Shown piece by piece: positions 25,719 through 39,830 of a DNA stretch of 64,000 nucleotides; within the stretch, counting starts at the first letter, position 1, and each line of letters opens with the position of its first letter. The stretch is taken from positions 65,278,520 through 65,342,519 of the forward strand of contig NC_068982.1 of the NCBI RefSeq assembly GCF_001194135.2, read 5' to 3'. The position numbers and the translations under genes were made by a program. Source of the stretch: Octopus bimaculoides (Eukaryota). Under the pieces are notes generated by a model that had not been told where the DNA came from, made no database searches, and was given only the letters and a program-made list of their open reading frames with translations.

Positions 25719-27009
25719 ACAGATTGACATATGTTCAAGGAGTAGATCTATCTCTTATCTATTTATACCTATCGAAACCCAAATATAAATACACACACAC
25801 ATGTGTATGTGTGTATAAAGTAATTAACAACAGTTTGATTTAACTCCATGTAATTTAGTTTCAAAGCTATGAAGTGAGCCTATAAAACGTTTGTTGGCAG
25901 GTAAAGTGACAACATGAACATTGCTCAAGTTGGCAACTTTCATAGAGTACAAATGTAAACAAAGTCACAGCCATCCACGTGTGTGTGTGTACTGGCTGCT
26001 TTTTGTTTCCATCCACCAAATTAACTAACAAGGTTTTGGGACAGCCTAGGGCTGTGGTAGAAGACACTTGCCCAAGGGGTTGTAGAACTGAACCTGAAAT
26101 CATGTGATTGAGAAGAAAATTTTTTAACTACATCACCATACCAATGGTAATATTTGTATGTGTGTGTGTGTGTGTGTGCGTGCACATGTTCTTGCATGTT
26201 TATCTCTATGAATGTTTACAAACTATGCTGAGTTATGGCTACAGATCGTGGCATCTCTAATTGTGGCAGGACTACAACAGGAGACATTTGTCGACATGCT
26301 TTGTCAGCATATTGTACACTAGCTCTGCACTTTCAAAATTGATCTTGAATAAATCCCTTACTCAAAAACACGTAAGTGTTAGTGCCTGGGTGAGCATCTA
26401 ACTGTAAAATCCTGTCTCTTCAATTGCCTTCTGTCTAAGCCAGGCTAGCATAGAAACACAAGCGTTAAATGAAACAGTTGGATGAACGAGATATATGCAT
26501 ATCCTCATGCCCAGGCATGTTTTCATGAAAGATAAGGTAATAAATGACACTTTGTATATGACAGTGACACTTGTTTACAACTATCGCACATCAAGACAAG
26601 GGCACACATACCTTTGTATGTGTGTATGTATTCATATGGGATTCTTTCAGTTTCTATCTTCTATCTTCTATCTGCTCACAAGATTTTGGTCAGCTCAAAG
26701 CTATTGTAGAAGACATTTGCCCAAGATATCATGTGGCTGAGTAGTAATTTCCACACAGCCATATCTACAACAATAACAATAATTTTGGCACAATGACAGC
26801 AATTTTAAGTAGTCAAGGGGATGTCAATTACTTCAACCCCAGTACTTGACTGGTACTTTATTATATCAACCCTAAAAAGATGAAAGACAAAGTTGACCTC
26901 AGCAGGATTTGAACTTAGAATGTAAAGAACCAGAAGAAATGCTACTATCATTTGTCCTGTATCCTTACAAATCTGTCAATCTATTTTCCTAATTGTGGTG
27001 GCGGTGGTG

Positions 27010-27054
<45 letters not shown>

Positions 27055-29014
27055 CAGCAGCAGTAGTAGCAGTAGTAAAAGGCAATAAGTGAAAACCAAA
27101 GAAACAACTATTAACAACCATCATGAATAAAACAACAAAAAACTGATTTTCTTATGTAAATATTTAGTTTTAACATAGTGTATAATGTTTATAATATTAT
27201 TTGTGTGTGAAAGCTTTGTTCTGGCTGTAATACTTTATATTGTGAGTTTTCCTCTATGTTGTTCTGGGAGGTTTTACAAAAGTTAAAAAGAAAGAGGACT
27301 GGTTCTTCATACATCTGAAAATATAATGTTATGATGTCTTGAAGAAAGCCTTGTTTTCAGTCTTCATGCCTATTATTGATCGAAATTCTTCCTTAATTCA
27401 GAAGTGTACATTTTTAGAATTGTGAAATTATATATATATATATATATATATAAAGGAGAAGCAAAGAGAAAGAAAAGAAAAAAATTGCTTTAATTTTCAT
27501 CATTTTTTTTCTGTTTCTGTTTTGCATCTAAATTTTCCCGTTTCAGACTTTCAGATCCATGATGAAAATATTGATTTCTAATATTGGCATGCAACGTTAT
27601 GCATTTTTATTTATAAGGCATATAGTTCATTGAATTATTCACAGTATATTACTGGTACTTATTTTTACTGGCCCTGGAAGAATGGAAGATAGTTATTTGA
27701 GGAGAGATTTGAACCCTGAAAATGAAGGACTGTAATTAAAAAGCATAAAGCATTTTGTCTGAGCAAGCGTCTTCTACTATAGCCCTAGGTTAACCAAAGC
27801 TTTGGGAGTGGATTTGGTAGACAGAAAATGAAAGAAGCCCATTGTGTGTGTGTGTGCATACATGCATGTATATGTTTGGCTATTGGGACAGGTATGGCTG
27901 TGTGGTTAAGAAGTTTGCTTTGCAACCACATGGTTTGGGGTTCAATCCCACTTTATAGCATCTTGAACAAGCATCTTCTACTATAGTCTTGAGGCAACCA
28001 AAGCTTTGTTAATCTCTTTGGGACTACATTGTTCTCTGTCATCATCATCATCTGTATCTTTCTTTATTTAAAACAGAAGGATATAATTTGAAGGAGATGT
28101 GGCTGCTGTTTTTAACAGGCTGATTGACCACATGAAAGCTTTCTTGCTTGTTCAAGAAGTTCTACTCTAGTTGATTACAAAGAGTCCCTTCTATCTGTAA
28201 AGTATTACACAGACCATGAAACTATAGTCCTGTTACAGAAACTACAGCTGTGATAATGATTTCTTAGACTGGTACAAAAGCATAAATTTTGTGGGGAGGG
28301 AACAGTCAGCTATATGACTCCAGTACTTGACAGATTCTTACATTATCAACTTCAGAAGGATGGAAAGCAATGTTGACTTTGGTGGAATTTGAACTCAGAT
28401 TGTAAAAAAACAGAACAAAATGCCTTTCGGTATTTGTTCTGGTTCTTTAGAATCTGGGTTCAAGGCATTTTGTTCAATGCTCTAATGATTGCTGCTTATC
28501 CCCTCACTTCTTACTACAGCTGTGATAGTGAAAGATTAACAATATCTGAAAAGGAAGGAAATAGATATGATTCATTAAATATGACATGAGAATTCTATGG
28601 CCTGAAGAACTGTAGATGTAGCTGAGAATTAACCAAAAATGTAACAGATGTTTTCAAGGGAAAAGTCTAAAGAATACAAAGTGTAGAATCACAGCTGGTT
28701 TAATTGATGGGGTGCCAGCTTACTTGGCTGATGGGTCAACAGCTCATATCTCATCTCCCATCACTGCACTGCACTGTGCAGGAAAATATTATCTCTTAAT
28801 ACTCCAGTCTGCCTAGCAATAAACAGGTACCATGGGGTGTATGGATCACTGCTGTTTCTCATTAGCTTGCAATACTGTGCTCATATCAACACCATAGGTT
28901 TAGTTTGGAGAGAAAGATGGGGACTACAATTTTGAGTTTACCTTATATGCACAACAATAGCAACTATTACACTATAATTTCAACCTGCTAGAAATAACAA
29001 CCAAATCTTCCTTT

Positions 29015-29880
29015 ACTATTTTGATACCAGCCCACCTGAGCCCACCCCTGGTTCTATGCTACAAACTTCCTGTTTTAAAGTGATATGAATTAAAACCTTC
29101 CTTCAAAATTTCATGTTAATTTCTTTCAAAGCCAGATGTTACGATACTTTCTACTAAAGGCACAAGGCCTAGAATTTTGGGGGAGGGGACTAGTCAATTG
29201 CACATCAACTTCAGTGTTCAACTGGTAATTATTTTATTGGCCCCAAAAAGACGAAGGGCAAATTTGACCCCAGCGGAATTTGAACTTAGAACATAAAGAC
29301 AGACAAAATGCCGCTAATCATTTTGCCCAGCATCCTAACAATTTTGCCAGCTCACTGCCTCATCACCAAATGTAATAATGGCAAAGTTATTTTATGAAAT
29401 ACTTCATTATTTTCAAAATTAACTAAAAAAAATTTCAACAGAAATATGATAGCAAAAAGGTTAAATGGCACTCTATCATCTTAAAAATAAACGAGGACAC
29501 ATTAGATAATGTAATTTAAGATACACTATGTCCATATAGAGTTGGGGTGGTCTCAGCTAGAATATCTTGAGTCATAGGTCTGTTCAAACAGAGCTGACTT
29601 AGGGTTAAATAACAACATCAACAACAACTATAGTATGAATAAAAATGTAAATCACTTAACCCTTTAGATACCAATCTGCTTGAAATTGCCCTCGGTTTTA
29701 TGGCATAAATTCTATGCTTTAAAATGATCTAAATTAAAATCTTCTATTAAAATTTCATGTTAATTTATATTCCAAACTCGAGCTTAATAATAACAAAGAT
29801 ATTGTAATAAATTCATTATTTTCAAAATTAATTGAAACGAAGCCAATATATTTCAACTGAAATATTATGACAAAAGAGTA
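29015..29880 (+). mobile_element. Pair of piggyBac-like MITEs, first interrupted by SINE C (29150-29362)
   Basis: Shared body (AAAATTTCATGTTAATTT, TTCATTATTTTCAAAATTAA). TTAA|CCCTTT at 29656 and AAAAAGG|TTAA at ~29455-29464. Confidence 0.5.
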
Positions 29881-29924
29881 GCTCTCATTTCGTGGTGTTA
29901 TATGAAATATAGATAAGCTTGCCA

Positions 29925-30312
29925 GAGGCACAATGGCCCAGTGGTTAGGGCAGCGGACTCGCGGTCATAGGATCGTGGTTTCGATTCCCAGACCAAGCGT
30001 TCTGAGTGTTTATTGAGCGAAAACACCTAAAGCTCCACGAGGCTCCGGCAGGGGATGGTGGCGAACCCTGCTGTACTCTTCCACCACAACTTTCTCTCAC
30101 TCTTACTTCCTGTTTCTGTTATGCCTGTAATTCAAAGGGTCAGCCTTGTCACACTGTATCACGCTGAATATCCCCGAGAACTATGTTAAGGGTGCACGTG
30201 TCTGTGGAGTGCTCAGCCACTTGCACGTTAATTTCACGAGCAGGCTGTTCCGTTGATCGGATCAACTGGAACCCTCGACGTTGTAAGCGACGGAGTGCCA
30301 ACAACAACAACA
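29925..30312 (+). mobile_element. Young SINE family A
   Basis: 14-bp TSD AGATAAGCTTGCCA (29911-29924 / 30313-30326); (AAC)n tail. Confidence 0.95.
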
Positions 30313-30649
30313 AGATAAGCTTGCCACTAGTTAAAATACCTGTCTGTTGCGGGTAATGTTCCCAAATAAATTGGTATCTATTCCAGAAACCAACATTAAC
30401 CCAGAAATACAAAACGTCAGTAGTAGATTTGAACTCATGATTTGAACTTGTCACATCAACCACATTTAGCCCCTGGGAACTGAATCAATGAAGATGGTTC
30501 TAATTGGTATGCAAGAATTAGCTGCTAGATCTTTCTTTCATATTGCATCATCTTAAAAAGGAAGAACACATAAGACAACATAGCTCTATATATGCAAAAG
30601 GATTGGATGGTCATGGCTGAAACACTTCTGATCACAAATCTACTCAATG

Positions 30650-31015
30650 GCTGTGTGATAAGAAGCTTGCTTCCCAACCACATGGTTCCGGGCTCAGGCC
30701 CACTGTGTGGCACCTTGGGCAAGAGTCTTCTACTATAGCCTTGGGCCAACCAAAGACTTGTAAGTAGATTAGGTAGATGGAAACTGAAAGAAGCCCATTG
30801 TATATGTGTGTGTGTCTTTGTGTCTGTTTGTCCCACCATCACCGCTTGACAACCAGTCTTGGTGTGTTTGCATCCCTGTAACTTAGTGGTTGGGCAAAAG
30901 AGACCAATAGAATAAGTACTTGGCTTTAAAAAAATAAGTCTTGGGGTTGATTTCTTTAACTAAAAGGCAGTGCTCCAGCATGGCCACAGCCAAATGACTG
31001 AAACAAGTAAAGGAA
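30650..31015 (+). mobile_element. CORE-type SINE family B
   Basis: Head, CORE-like motif, microsatellite and GACTGAAACAAGTAAA tail. Confidence 0.85.
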
Positions 31016-31289
31016 AAAAAAAGTGCTGTTCTGGGCTACAAGATGTGGACAAAAGTAGGATATAATGACTTGTGTTGAAAACAGAGCAAGAGAATATTAA
31101 AAGCAGGAACAATATTGGGAATTTTAGCAGTGTTCAGAAGAATCATTTGAATTCTGACAGAATTGAAAAACAAATTAAGATAATATCAATGATACAAATC
31201 ATATGGAAATAATTTAGGAAATGCTAAGAATTTGCACCCCCAATTAAATTTTTGTTTTTAATTAATAAGGATCCTACACATCATAAGTG

Positions 31290-31745
31290 CAGGCATGAGC
31301 ATGCAGTTGAGAGGTTCATTTCCGAACCACATAGTTTCAGGTTCAGTCCCATAGTGTGGCATCTAGAACAAGTGTCTACTCTTATAGCCCTGGGACAACC
31401 CAAGACATGTGAGTGGATTTGGTTGGCAGAAACCGAAAGAAGCTTGTATGTGTGTGTGTGTGTGTGTGCGCACACACATATACACACGTGTATGTGTGTG
31501 TTTGTGTCTCCTTTTCTTGACGTTATGTGATGGTTGTAAATGAGTATTATCATCATACAAACAAGATGTTTGGTTTCCATTCTTCTGTGAAAAGCATGTC
31601 TAGCTGTGGGAGAATATAACCTTACTTGGAAACAGGCAAGGGTTGGTGACAAAAAAAACATCCAACTGTAGAAAATCTGCCTAAATGAATTCCATCTGAC
31701 CCATGCAAGCATGGAAAAGTGGACATTAAAACAGTGATGATAATC
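31290..31745 (+). mobile_element. Composite SINE: CORE head + (TG)n + RTE-type tail
   Basis: Family B head to ~31445, then (TG)n, then CATCCAACTGTAGAAAATCTGCC...AAGTGGACATTAAAAC-GAT tail. Confidence 0.75.
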
Positions 31746-32323
31746 TGCATTGATGTTGTTTAACCCCAAATTAACCTTGAACTGAGCAGACTCACACTGA
31801 AGGGCATTTTAGCCACAATCATACCGTTTTCATCTTGGAACTTAAGTATCTAGGACTACTTCGTCTACTGTATCTCTCCCTTTTTCAAGATGATAGGATG
31901 TAATTTGAAGAATATTTCACTCCTAGCAGGCCAAAGTGACCACACAGTCGCACCATCATTGTCTCTAATTCTTGTATAACTAACAATCCTAGAGATCCCT
32001 ACTAAATTTAGTAAGTCCCTTAGTTAATGTAACCAATCCATTGGTGGCACTGTACACTGACAGTATCCTCTTATCATCTTTATCATTCTAACCATTTTCA
32101 ACAGAGGGAGTGTACCTATTAACACCTGAAAAACTTGATAAAACGTAATAACATCTGTTTTTACCTTTAAAGTTCCATTTTTGTTTTTGTTGCTCTTGTC
32201 AGGGATATCTCTTTTATTGGTCAATCTGTTTATTCTGGAGCACTTACATGTTACATATCTGTGTGCGTTCGTATGTATATATGCATGTATGTGTCTTTGT
32301 ATATATATATATATATGTATATG

Positions 32324-32384
<61 letters not shown>

Positions 32385-33659
32385 TACATTTACTTAGTTT
32401 ATGTGTGTGTGTATAATATATCCTCTTCTCTTACTCCATATAGAGAGGAAGCTGGTTTTATAAATATATGTGTGTGTATAAAATAGACCTTTATGTATTT
32501 TCTAAGTGGGATGCCAACATATATTTTCAAGTCTTCTAGCAGACCTTCTGCCATTAGCTCCCTATCTTAAAGCTTGCCTTTCAGTTGATCAAATTTCATC
32601 CAACCTCCACCCTCCAAACCCCGTCTCCATGTACATACCCATCTCTTCCTTTCCTCCACCCCATAGTTATTTTGCTTCAGCCCCTACACCTATCTACATC
32701 ACAGATCCACCTACTTTCATACCTTTAACATAACACTCAACAACTAAAAAATATGCCTCAGAACATTTTTGCAAGATTCTTAATTTGCCCAACCCTCCCC
32801 ACCCAATTCCCACCTGCATTCCCCTAACTTATAGGAGACATGAATGAGATTGTACAATGTTGCTTCTGTTCTCATGGGTATTTAGTGACATAACATAAAT
32901 TACAATGGTTTACTATGGATTGTGGATGCACTTCACAGTTAGCTTACCTCTTCTGACTTGGAGATAGGATATATTTACATAGGTATAATGTCTTATGTAA
33001 GAAAGAGAACACAGAAGGAGTATTTGTTCTTTTTTCCTTTTTGGTAGTTAGGAAAGAATAATTGGTAGAGTGATAAGTAAAATACCTTGTAGTATTTAGT
33101 ACTGTCTCTTACATTCTGAGTTCAAATCCTAGCAAAGCTGATTTAGATTTTCATCCTTACAGGGTTGATGAAATAAGCTACCAGTCAAGAGGTCACTTTA
33201 TTTGACTATACTCTCCCCAAATTTGTGTCATTATCATCATCATCATTTTCACATCCACTGTTACATGCTCACATGGGTTGGATAGATTTTGTTGGAGCAG
33301 ATTTTCTTCAGCTGGATGCCCTTCTTGTCACCAACCTTCACCTGTTTCAAAATAAGGTAATATTTACAACTATTACACAATGTCAAAACTAGGTGACAGC
33401 AACATGTACATAATGCATGCATATATACATACACACATACATACATAGGGCTTCTCTCAGTATCCATCTGCTAAATCCACTCACAGGGCAGTAGAAGAAG
33501 ACACTTGTCCAAGGTGTTGCACAGTAGGACTGGAACCATGTGGTTGGGAACCTGGAGCCATGTGGTTGGGAAGCAAACTTCTTACTACACAGCAGTACCT
33601 GCATTTTGTTCTATTTTAGAAATTATTTAGTTAGGAAGACAATTCCTTCAATCTTTGAA

Positions 33660-33900
33660 GGCCTTCTTAACTAGTGAGGTTAATGTGGTTGATATTCAGC
33701 ATGAATTTCTGTATATTGATGAATTGTAGAAGAAATAATGAGCCAGATAGTAGGAGCATTCCAAAGGAATGCACTTCTAGGGAAGAAGGTTTCCTTTATG
33801 TGAAACTGTAGAGGAGGTTATAGAATGCTTTTGATTGTGTAATAGCAGCAGTATCCTAAATATATAAGCACTACATTGATGCGGATTTCATTTGAGCTTT
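33660..33900 (-). mobile_element. CR1/L2/Jockey-like LINE 3' remnant
   Basis: Minus-strand TFFPRSAFLWNAP (~33791-33749) resembles the SFFPRT..WN.LP C-terminal motif of these RT proteins. Confidence 0.5.
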
Positions 33901-35714
33901 CTAAAGATTCAGCAAATGAGCAGAACTGAGGTATTTTTTAGCAGTATTATGGCTTGACAATATTATACATGTTTCAAAACTAGGTAATATATAGTTTCAG
34001 ACAAACTACTATAAATAATCCAGCCCTGTTTCCTGTTTCCTTCGCTGTCTTCTCTTACTCTGCTAAGTTTTTTTTTTTTTGAAAAATTACTTTGTGTGCC
34101 TCACATTTCACTTACAACAAGGAAAAATATAAGTGTGTATGTGTACATGTATGTATGTTGTCTACATGTATATTTAGTGTTGTTTTTAATTAAGTCCCAA
34201 ATAAGAGATAAGAGTGTACTTTAAATCTTATACATATTTTACATTTTTACCAAAATAGTTCACCTACATCTTCATCTTCATTCTTATTCACCCACTCTTT
34301 GTGCATAATTACTCAAAGATGAATATTTTTATATTAAAACCTTCCATTATAATTTTTTGTTAGAATCTTTTATCACATTAAAAATACTCATTTAATAATA
34401 CAAAACTTAACTGTTTTTCTAAACTCCATCAGATTCTTTGGTTATTTTCAAAATTACTCAAAACATACAAGGTGTATATTTCATTTGAATTTTTAAAGTT
34501 CATGTGATCAAAAATCTTCACATCAATACTCTGGGCCCAATTACACACCCTGCTCACTCATTCCTTGCTATGGGTTGAGTGAATTGCTTGAAGAGAATAA
34601 ATGAAATAACATTAAATGTAGAAGACCTTTCGTATATCATCATTGTTGTCATCATTTAACATCTACTTCTCTATGCTTGCATGAGGCAGACAGAATTCAT
34701 TTGAGACAGATTTTCTGTCTTGGATGCCCTGTCACCAACTCTGCCTTGTTTCCAAGCAAGGCCATGTTTCCCACTAACCAGACATGTTTTCAATGAAGAC
34801 TGGAAATGAATGACTCTGCTTGTATGACAGTGACACTTGTGTACAGCTATCACACACAATGATATGACAAGGAGAGACACATACACATGCACATAAAGAG
34901 TTGTCTTTTTTTCAGTTTCTGCCTACTAGATCCACTCACAAGGCTTTGGTTAGCCCAGGGTTATAGTAGAACACACTTGTCCAAGGTCCACACAGTGGGA
35001 CTGAGCCTAAAAACCATGTGAATGGGTAAGTGAACTTCTTGACGAGACAACCATACCTGTGCCTATATCATTTAAAAATGGCATCAATGATGCTTTCTGT
35101 CATTTCTGGCATGCGGATCTACTAGATGAGTTTCTCCATTTAACAATTCCACCTGTTTCTGATTTCTTGGATCAGACATCTCTTATCAGTCTTCCCCCAT
35201 TACAGCATTGAACAAAGCTCTCTCAAACACCTTCAATCAAATGCTGGTGTACTTTATTTTTTGGTTATATGTCCCTCCCATACCCTTCCTTCTATACAAT
35301 GATGATTTCTGACATAGGCACAAGCTGCAAGTTTTTAGTGCAGCTGATTAAACCAATCCTATTATGTGGCAAGTTTTCATTTTATTAGCTCTGAAAGGTA
35401 AAAGACAGTCAACATTTGGCAGGATCTGAAATCAGAGCATAAAGAAGTGTAACTAAACACCATATGGAATTTTGTCTGCCATCCTTCACTGTTTCTTCTG
35501 ACCACACTCATACTCTACACCAGTGCTACTCAAAGTGATGGTCTGCAAACTGGCATTGGTCTGCAAGCCATCAGCTGCCAGTATGCAGCAAGTTTCCAGA
35601 AAAGAAAGAAACATTATAAAGTGCTTATGTAATATTGTATTATTTGTTTATAAAATAAATATAAGATTAAAAAAAATCGTCAACTTTTATGATATTCATT
35701 ATATATATTCATTA

Positions 35715-36117
35715 GGCGCAGGAGTGGCTGTGTGATAAGTAGTTTGCTTACCAACCACATAGTTCTGGGTTCAGTCCCACTGCGTGGCACCTTGGGCAAG
35801 TGTCTTCTACTATAGCCTCGGGCCGACCAAAGCTTTGTGAGTGGATTTGGTAGATGGAAACTGAAAGAAGCCCGTCGTATATATGTATGTGTGTGTATAT
35901 GTTTGTGTGTTTGTGTCTGTCCCCCCAACATCGCTTGACAACTGATGCTGGTGTGTTTACGTCCCCGTAACTTAGCGGTTCGGCAAAAGCGACCAATAGA
36001 ATAAGTACTAGGCTTCCAAAGAATAAGTCCTGGGGTCGATTTGCTTGACTAAAGGCGGTGCTCCAGCATGGCCACAGTCAAATGACTGAAACATGTAAAA
36101 GATAAAAGATAAAAGAT
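35715..36117 (+). mobile_element. Young full-length CORE-type SINE family B
   Basis: GGCGCAGGAGTGGCTGTGTG head; (TAAAAGA)n tail. Confidence 0.92.
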
Positions 36118-37587
36118 ATATTGTTTCTGGTATAAATTAATATTACTAAGAAATATTACCAGTCCCTAGAAAAAAATTGGAAAAAAAAAACTGCCGGTAC
36201 GCCACATCAGATAGTTTGAGAAGCACTGCCCTACACAACCGTTCCTTAAATTATCTTTCACAGACATCATCCTTATGTAACCTTGACTCCTCGTGTAACA
36301 TGCTCCAGCTTTGATAAATGCACTCCAGATTTGACACAACATATACACAATACATAGTGAACAAATGTAAACTGCAAGATGTATTGTAGGCAACATATTG
36401 AAGAAAGTAATAATTCCTAATAAAAGTAACACAAATTGGAGAGAATCCTTTAATCCTGTTTCAGAAAACCTCGATGGTACTAGTGGTTTAATAAAATACA
36501 CCTAGTCAATACAGTAAACTGGTTGATGATAGGGGAGGATTCAACTATAAAAACTTGGTGTATGTTGCCAGATGTCAAAGGGCCACAATGGGAGGTAAGC
36601 TGCTTTGATACCTTTTCAGCCCATGCAAGCATGGAAAAGGGGATGTTAAAATAATAGTGTTTATATCATCTTCAAATGTCCACTTTCCAAGCTTGAATAG
36701 ATCCTCTACACAATTTAATACAGAGTCAGTCTCTCTCTCTCTCTCTCTCTCTCATACACACACAGTCACAAAACCAAACACAGCTCAACTTGTTCAATAA
36801 AGTTTAATGTTTGTTCACATAATGTATGCATATGAAGTTATTCACATTTTATTCACACATTTGCTATTTGAGTTCTTTAGTTATGCTGCCAGCAAAAGGA
36901 AACGGGTAAAATCAGTACCTGTTATTCATAGCATTTCTTTTTAAGCAGTTCTAAGCTGCATCAACATTTTGTAGGACAAGACTGAGCAGATGCTCTTGAT
37001 GAAACAGCAACAACCCATCAAAACCAGTCAAGCTGTTCATTCAGTAAAGAGCACTCCTGTTGTTTAACTCCAAGATCTATTTGCATAGTAAGGTTTCATG
37101 TAAATTTATCAAACATATGCACATGAATTTATTCACAATTTATTTTTACACGTGTTGTTTCCGATGTTCAGTTGTGCACACACAAGCATATATCTATCTG
37201 TCTGTCTATCTATCTATCTATCTACCTATCTACCTATCTATCTATCTATCTGTCTATATATCTATCTATCTGTCTGTCTATCTATCTCTTTATCTATCTA
37301 TATATCTATTTATCTATTCTTATATGCATGTGTGTGTGTATAAGTGTATGTGTGTGTGCAGTAGGATAAAAGTGTAAGCAGGCAAAACAACAGGCATCAG
37401 GTTAGATTATGACATATCTTTAGATTATGACATATCTTTAAACATGATGGTTGAGTTGTTACATGAGTAAAGATCATAAGGAAGAAGGAAGTAATAATAT
37501 GTACAGAAAGTCTCTTCCAGCTGTTTCAAGAACAGGTGCACAAATAGTGCATTTTATGCAAAAGAAGCAACAGCTATTCATATAGCA

Positions 37588-37883
37588 GCACACATGGCTC
37601 AGTAGTTAGACTCTTGGGCTCACAATCAGGAGGTAGTGTGTTTAGTTCCCAGACCAGGCTGTATGTTCTTTATTTCACGTTGTTCCAGTTCACTCAGCTT
37701 TAGAAATGAGTTGCATCAGCCTTTGCTTCTCCCTTGGATAACATTGGTGGCATGGAGAGGGGAAGTTGGTATGCATGGGCGACTGTTGGTCTTCTATAAA
37801 CAACCTTGCCTGGACTTGTGTCTCAGAGGGTAACTTTCTAGGTACAATCCTATGATCATTCATGACCGAAGGGGTTCCTTTCC
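37588..37883 (+). mobile_element. SINE family D copy
   Basis: Colinear with 6254-6590. Confidence 0.75.
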
Positions 37884-38100
37884 ATCATCAGACGGAGAAT
37901 GGGATAGAACTTTAGTTGAAAACTTTGGTTTACTAGTATTGTGGAGTATACAGGAAGGTTAAAACCTCTAAAATCTTTGCTTTTAGTTGCAGTTCAAGTT
38001 TGACTTTTACGCAGCAAGTCAACCTTGAGCACTAATTGTATGTACCTATTGCTTTACATCATCAGACATGATATTATTTGAATCCTATTGTTTGTTTGCT

Positions 38101-38132
<32 letters not shown>

Positions 38133-39029
38133 TGTATGGATGGATGGATAGATGGTTATATGTATATGCATGCATGCTTATATGTCAACACACACACACA
38201 CATATGTATATACATCTGTACACATACAATCACACACACACACACATATATGTACATCTGTACACACACAATCGCATGCACTCACACACACACACATGCA
38301 TGCGTATTCAAACTCTGTTCCATGTGTGAGTGTATTGCAATAATTCTATTTTAATTAATCATTGAACCTTCAACTTTCTTCATTTTATGTTCCGAAATGG
38401 CAGAAAATTGAGTGGGGAAACAATTATTTTTGTTTCCTTTTTCACATTAAACATGGTTAACTTAAATCAATGGGAATCAATTTAAACTTGTTAGTTAATC
38501 AATAGAAAATGTTAAACCCCCAACCCTCTCACCCATTGTTCAGGCAATCATAATTTTTAACCTTACTCTGACAGGCTTTTTAAACCTGACAGTTTTAATA
38601 ATCTTGTATCTGTCATTAAAAGGACCCCAATGTTCTGATGCTACAAGTGGGGAATAAAGGGGGTTATCATTTTCATCTTGTCTGTGCTTTTTTGTTAACT
38701 ACCTTTTGTTTTCCCCCTCCTTTGTTCTATCTCTATCTCTCTTTCTCCCTCTCTCTATCTCTTTACCTTCCTCTCTTTCTCTCATTGTTTCTATTTCTCT
38801 ATCCCTCCCCTCTTTTCTTTGTCTTTACATTTGTTATTTTTCCATAGTGGGGATCTTTATTTTTGTTTTCCCTACCTCATCTCTTCATATTCATCCCACT
38901 CCCAACCCATATTTCAACAATGCATCTGTCACCTTTTCCTACCAACTCTTTTCCAAATTCTAAAATCTTGTTTCTTTCTCCTTATTTTGAACCATATCTT
39001 TCTTCTGTCCTTATTTACCTGTTCATTTA

Positions 39030-39108
39030 TCCTTCTCTCTGTCTATCTATCTACCTGTCAACTGGCTTGCTTATCAATCAATCGATTTGTCTGTCTGTTT
39101 TACCTATC

Positions 39109-39152
<44 letters not shown>

Positions 39153-39390
39153 GCTATCTGTCTATCCATCTGTCTATCTATCTGTCCATCTGTCTACCTG
39201 TCTATATATTTTAGCTATAGTATCAGTCAATATCTATATTATCTAACTTACCTGTGTTATCTTTGTTATCCATCTTTCTATTTATCTATCTATTTAGTTA
39301 TCTGCCTGTCAGTCTAACAATCCAGCTATGCAACATATCAAGCTATGTAACCATTCACCCACCACCCATCTGTATATCTACTTATCGCTT

Positions 39391-39437
<47 letters not shown>

Positions 39438-39628
39438 ACTATATCTATCTTTATCTGTCTATCAATCTACCTACCTATCTGCCTACATACCTATTTATCT
39501 GTCTATCAATCAACCTATCTACCTATCTGTCTATCTATCTATCTATCTATCTATCTGTCTATCAATCTATCTATCTGTCTATCTATCTATCTCAATCATT
39601 TCCTCTATTCATCTCTATATCTATCTAC

Positions 39629-39679
<51 letters not shown>

Positions 39680-39698
39680 NNNNNNNNNNTCTATCTAC

Positions 39699-39751
<53 letters not shown>

Positions 39752-39830
39752 AGTCATTCCCTCTATTCATCTCTATATCTATCCATCTTTGCATCCTTCC
39801 TTCAATTTAACTGTCTATCAATCCATTTCT
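39030..39830. repeat. Compound (CTAT)n/(CT)n microsatellite region
   Basis: Directly visible; similar blocks at 37190-37320 and 40660-40815. Confidence 0.9.

Noticed and set aside
27547-27581. Isolated acceptor-like sites with short ORFs (also ~3317, 27361, 42541, 46821)
   Set aside because: Acceptor-only signals are common in T-rich DNA; no donor, homology or phase support strong enough to call.
39620-39760. Direct duplication either side of a 10-N gap
   Set aside because: Most likely unresolved overlapping contig ends.
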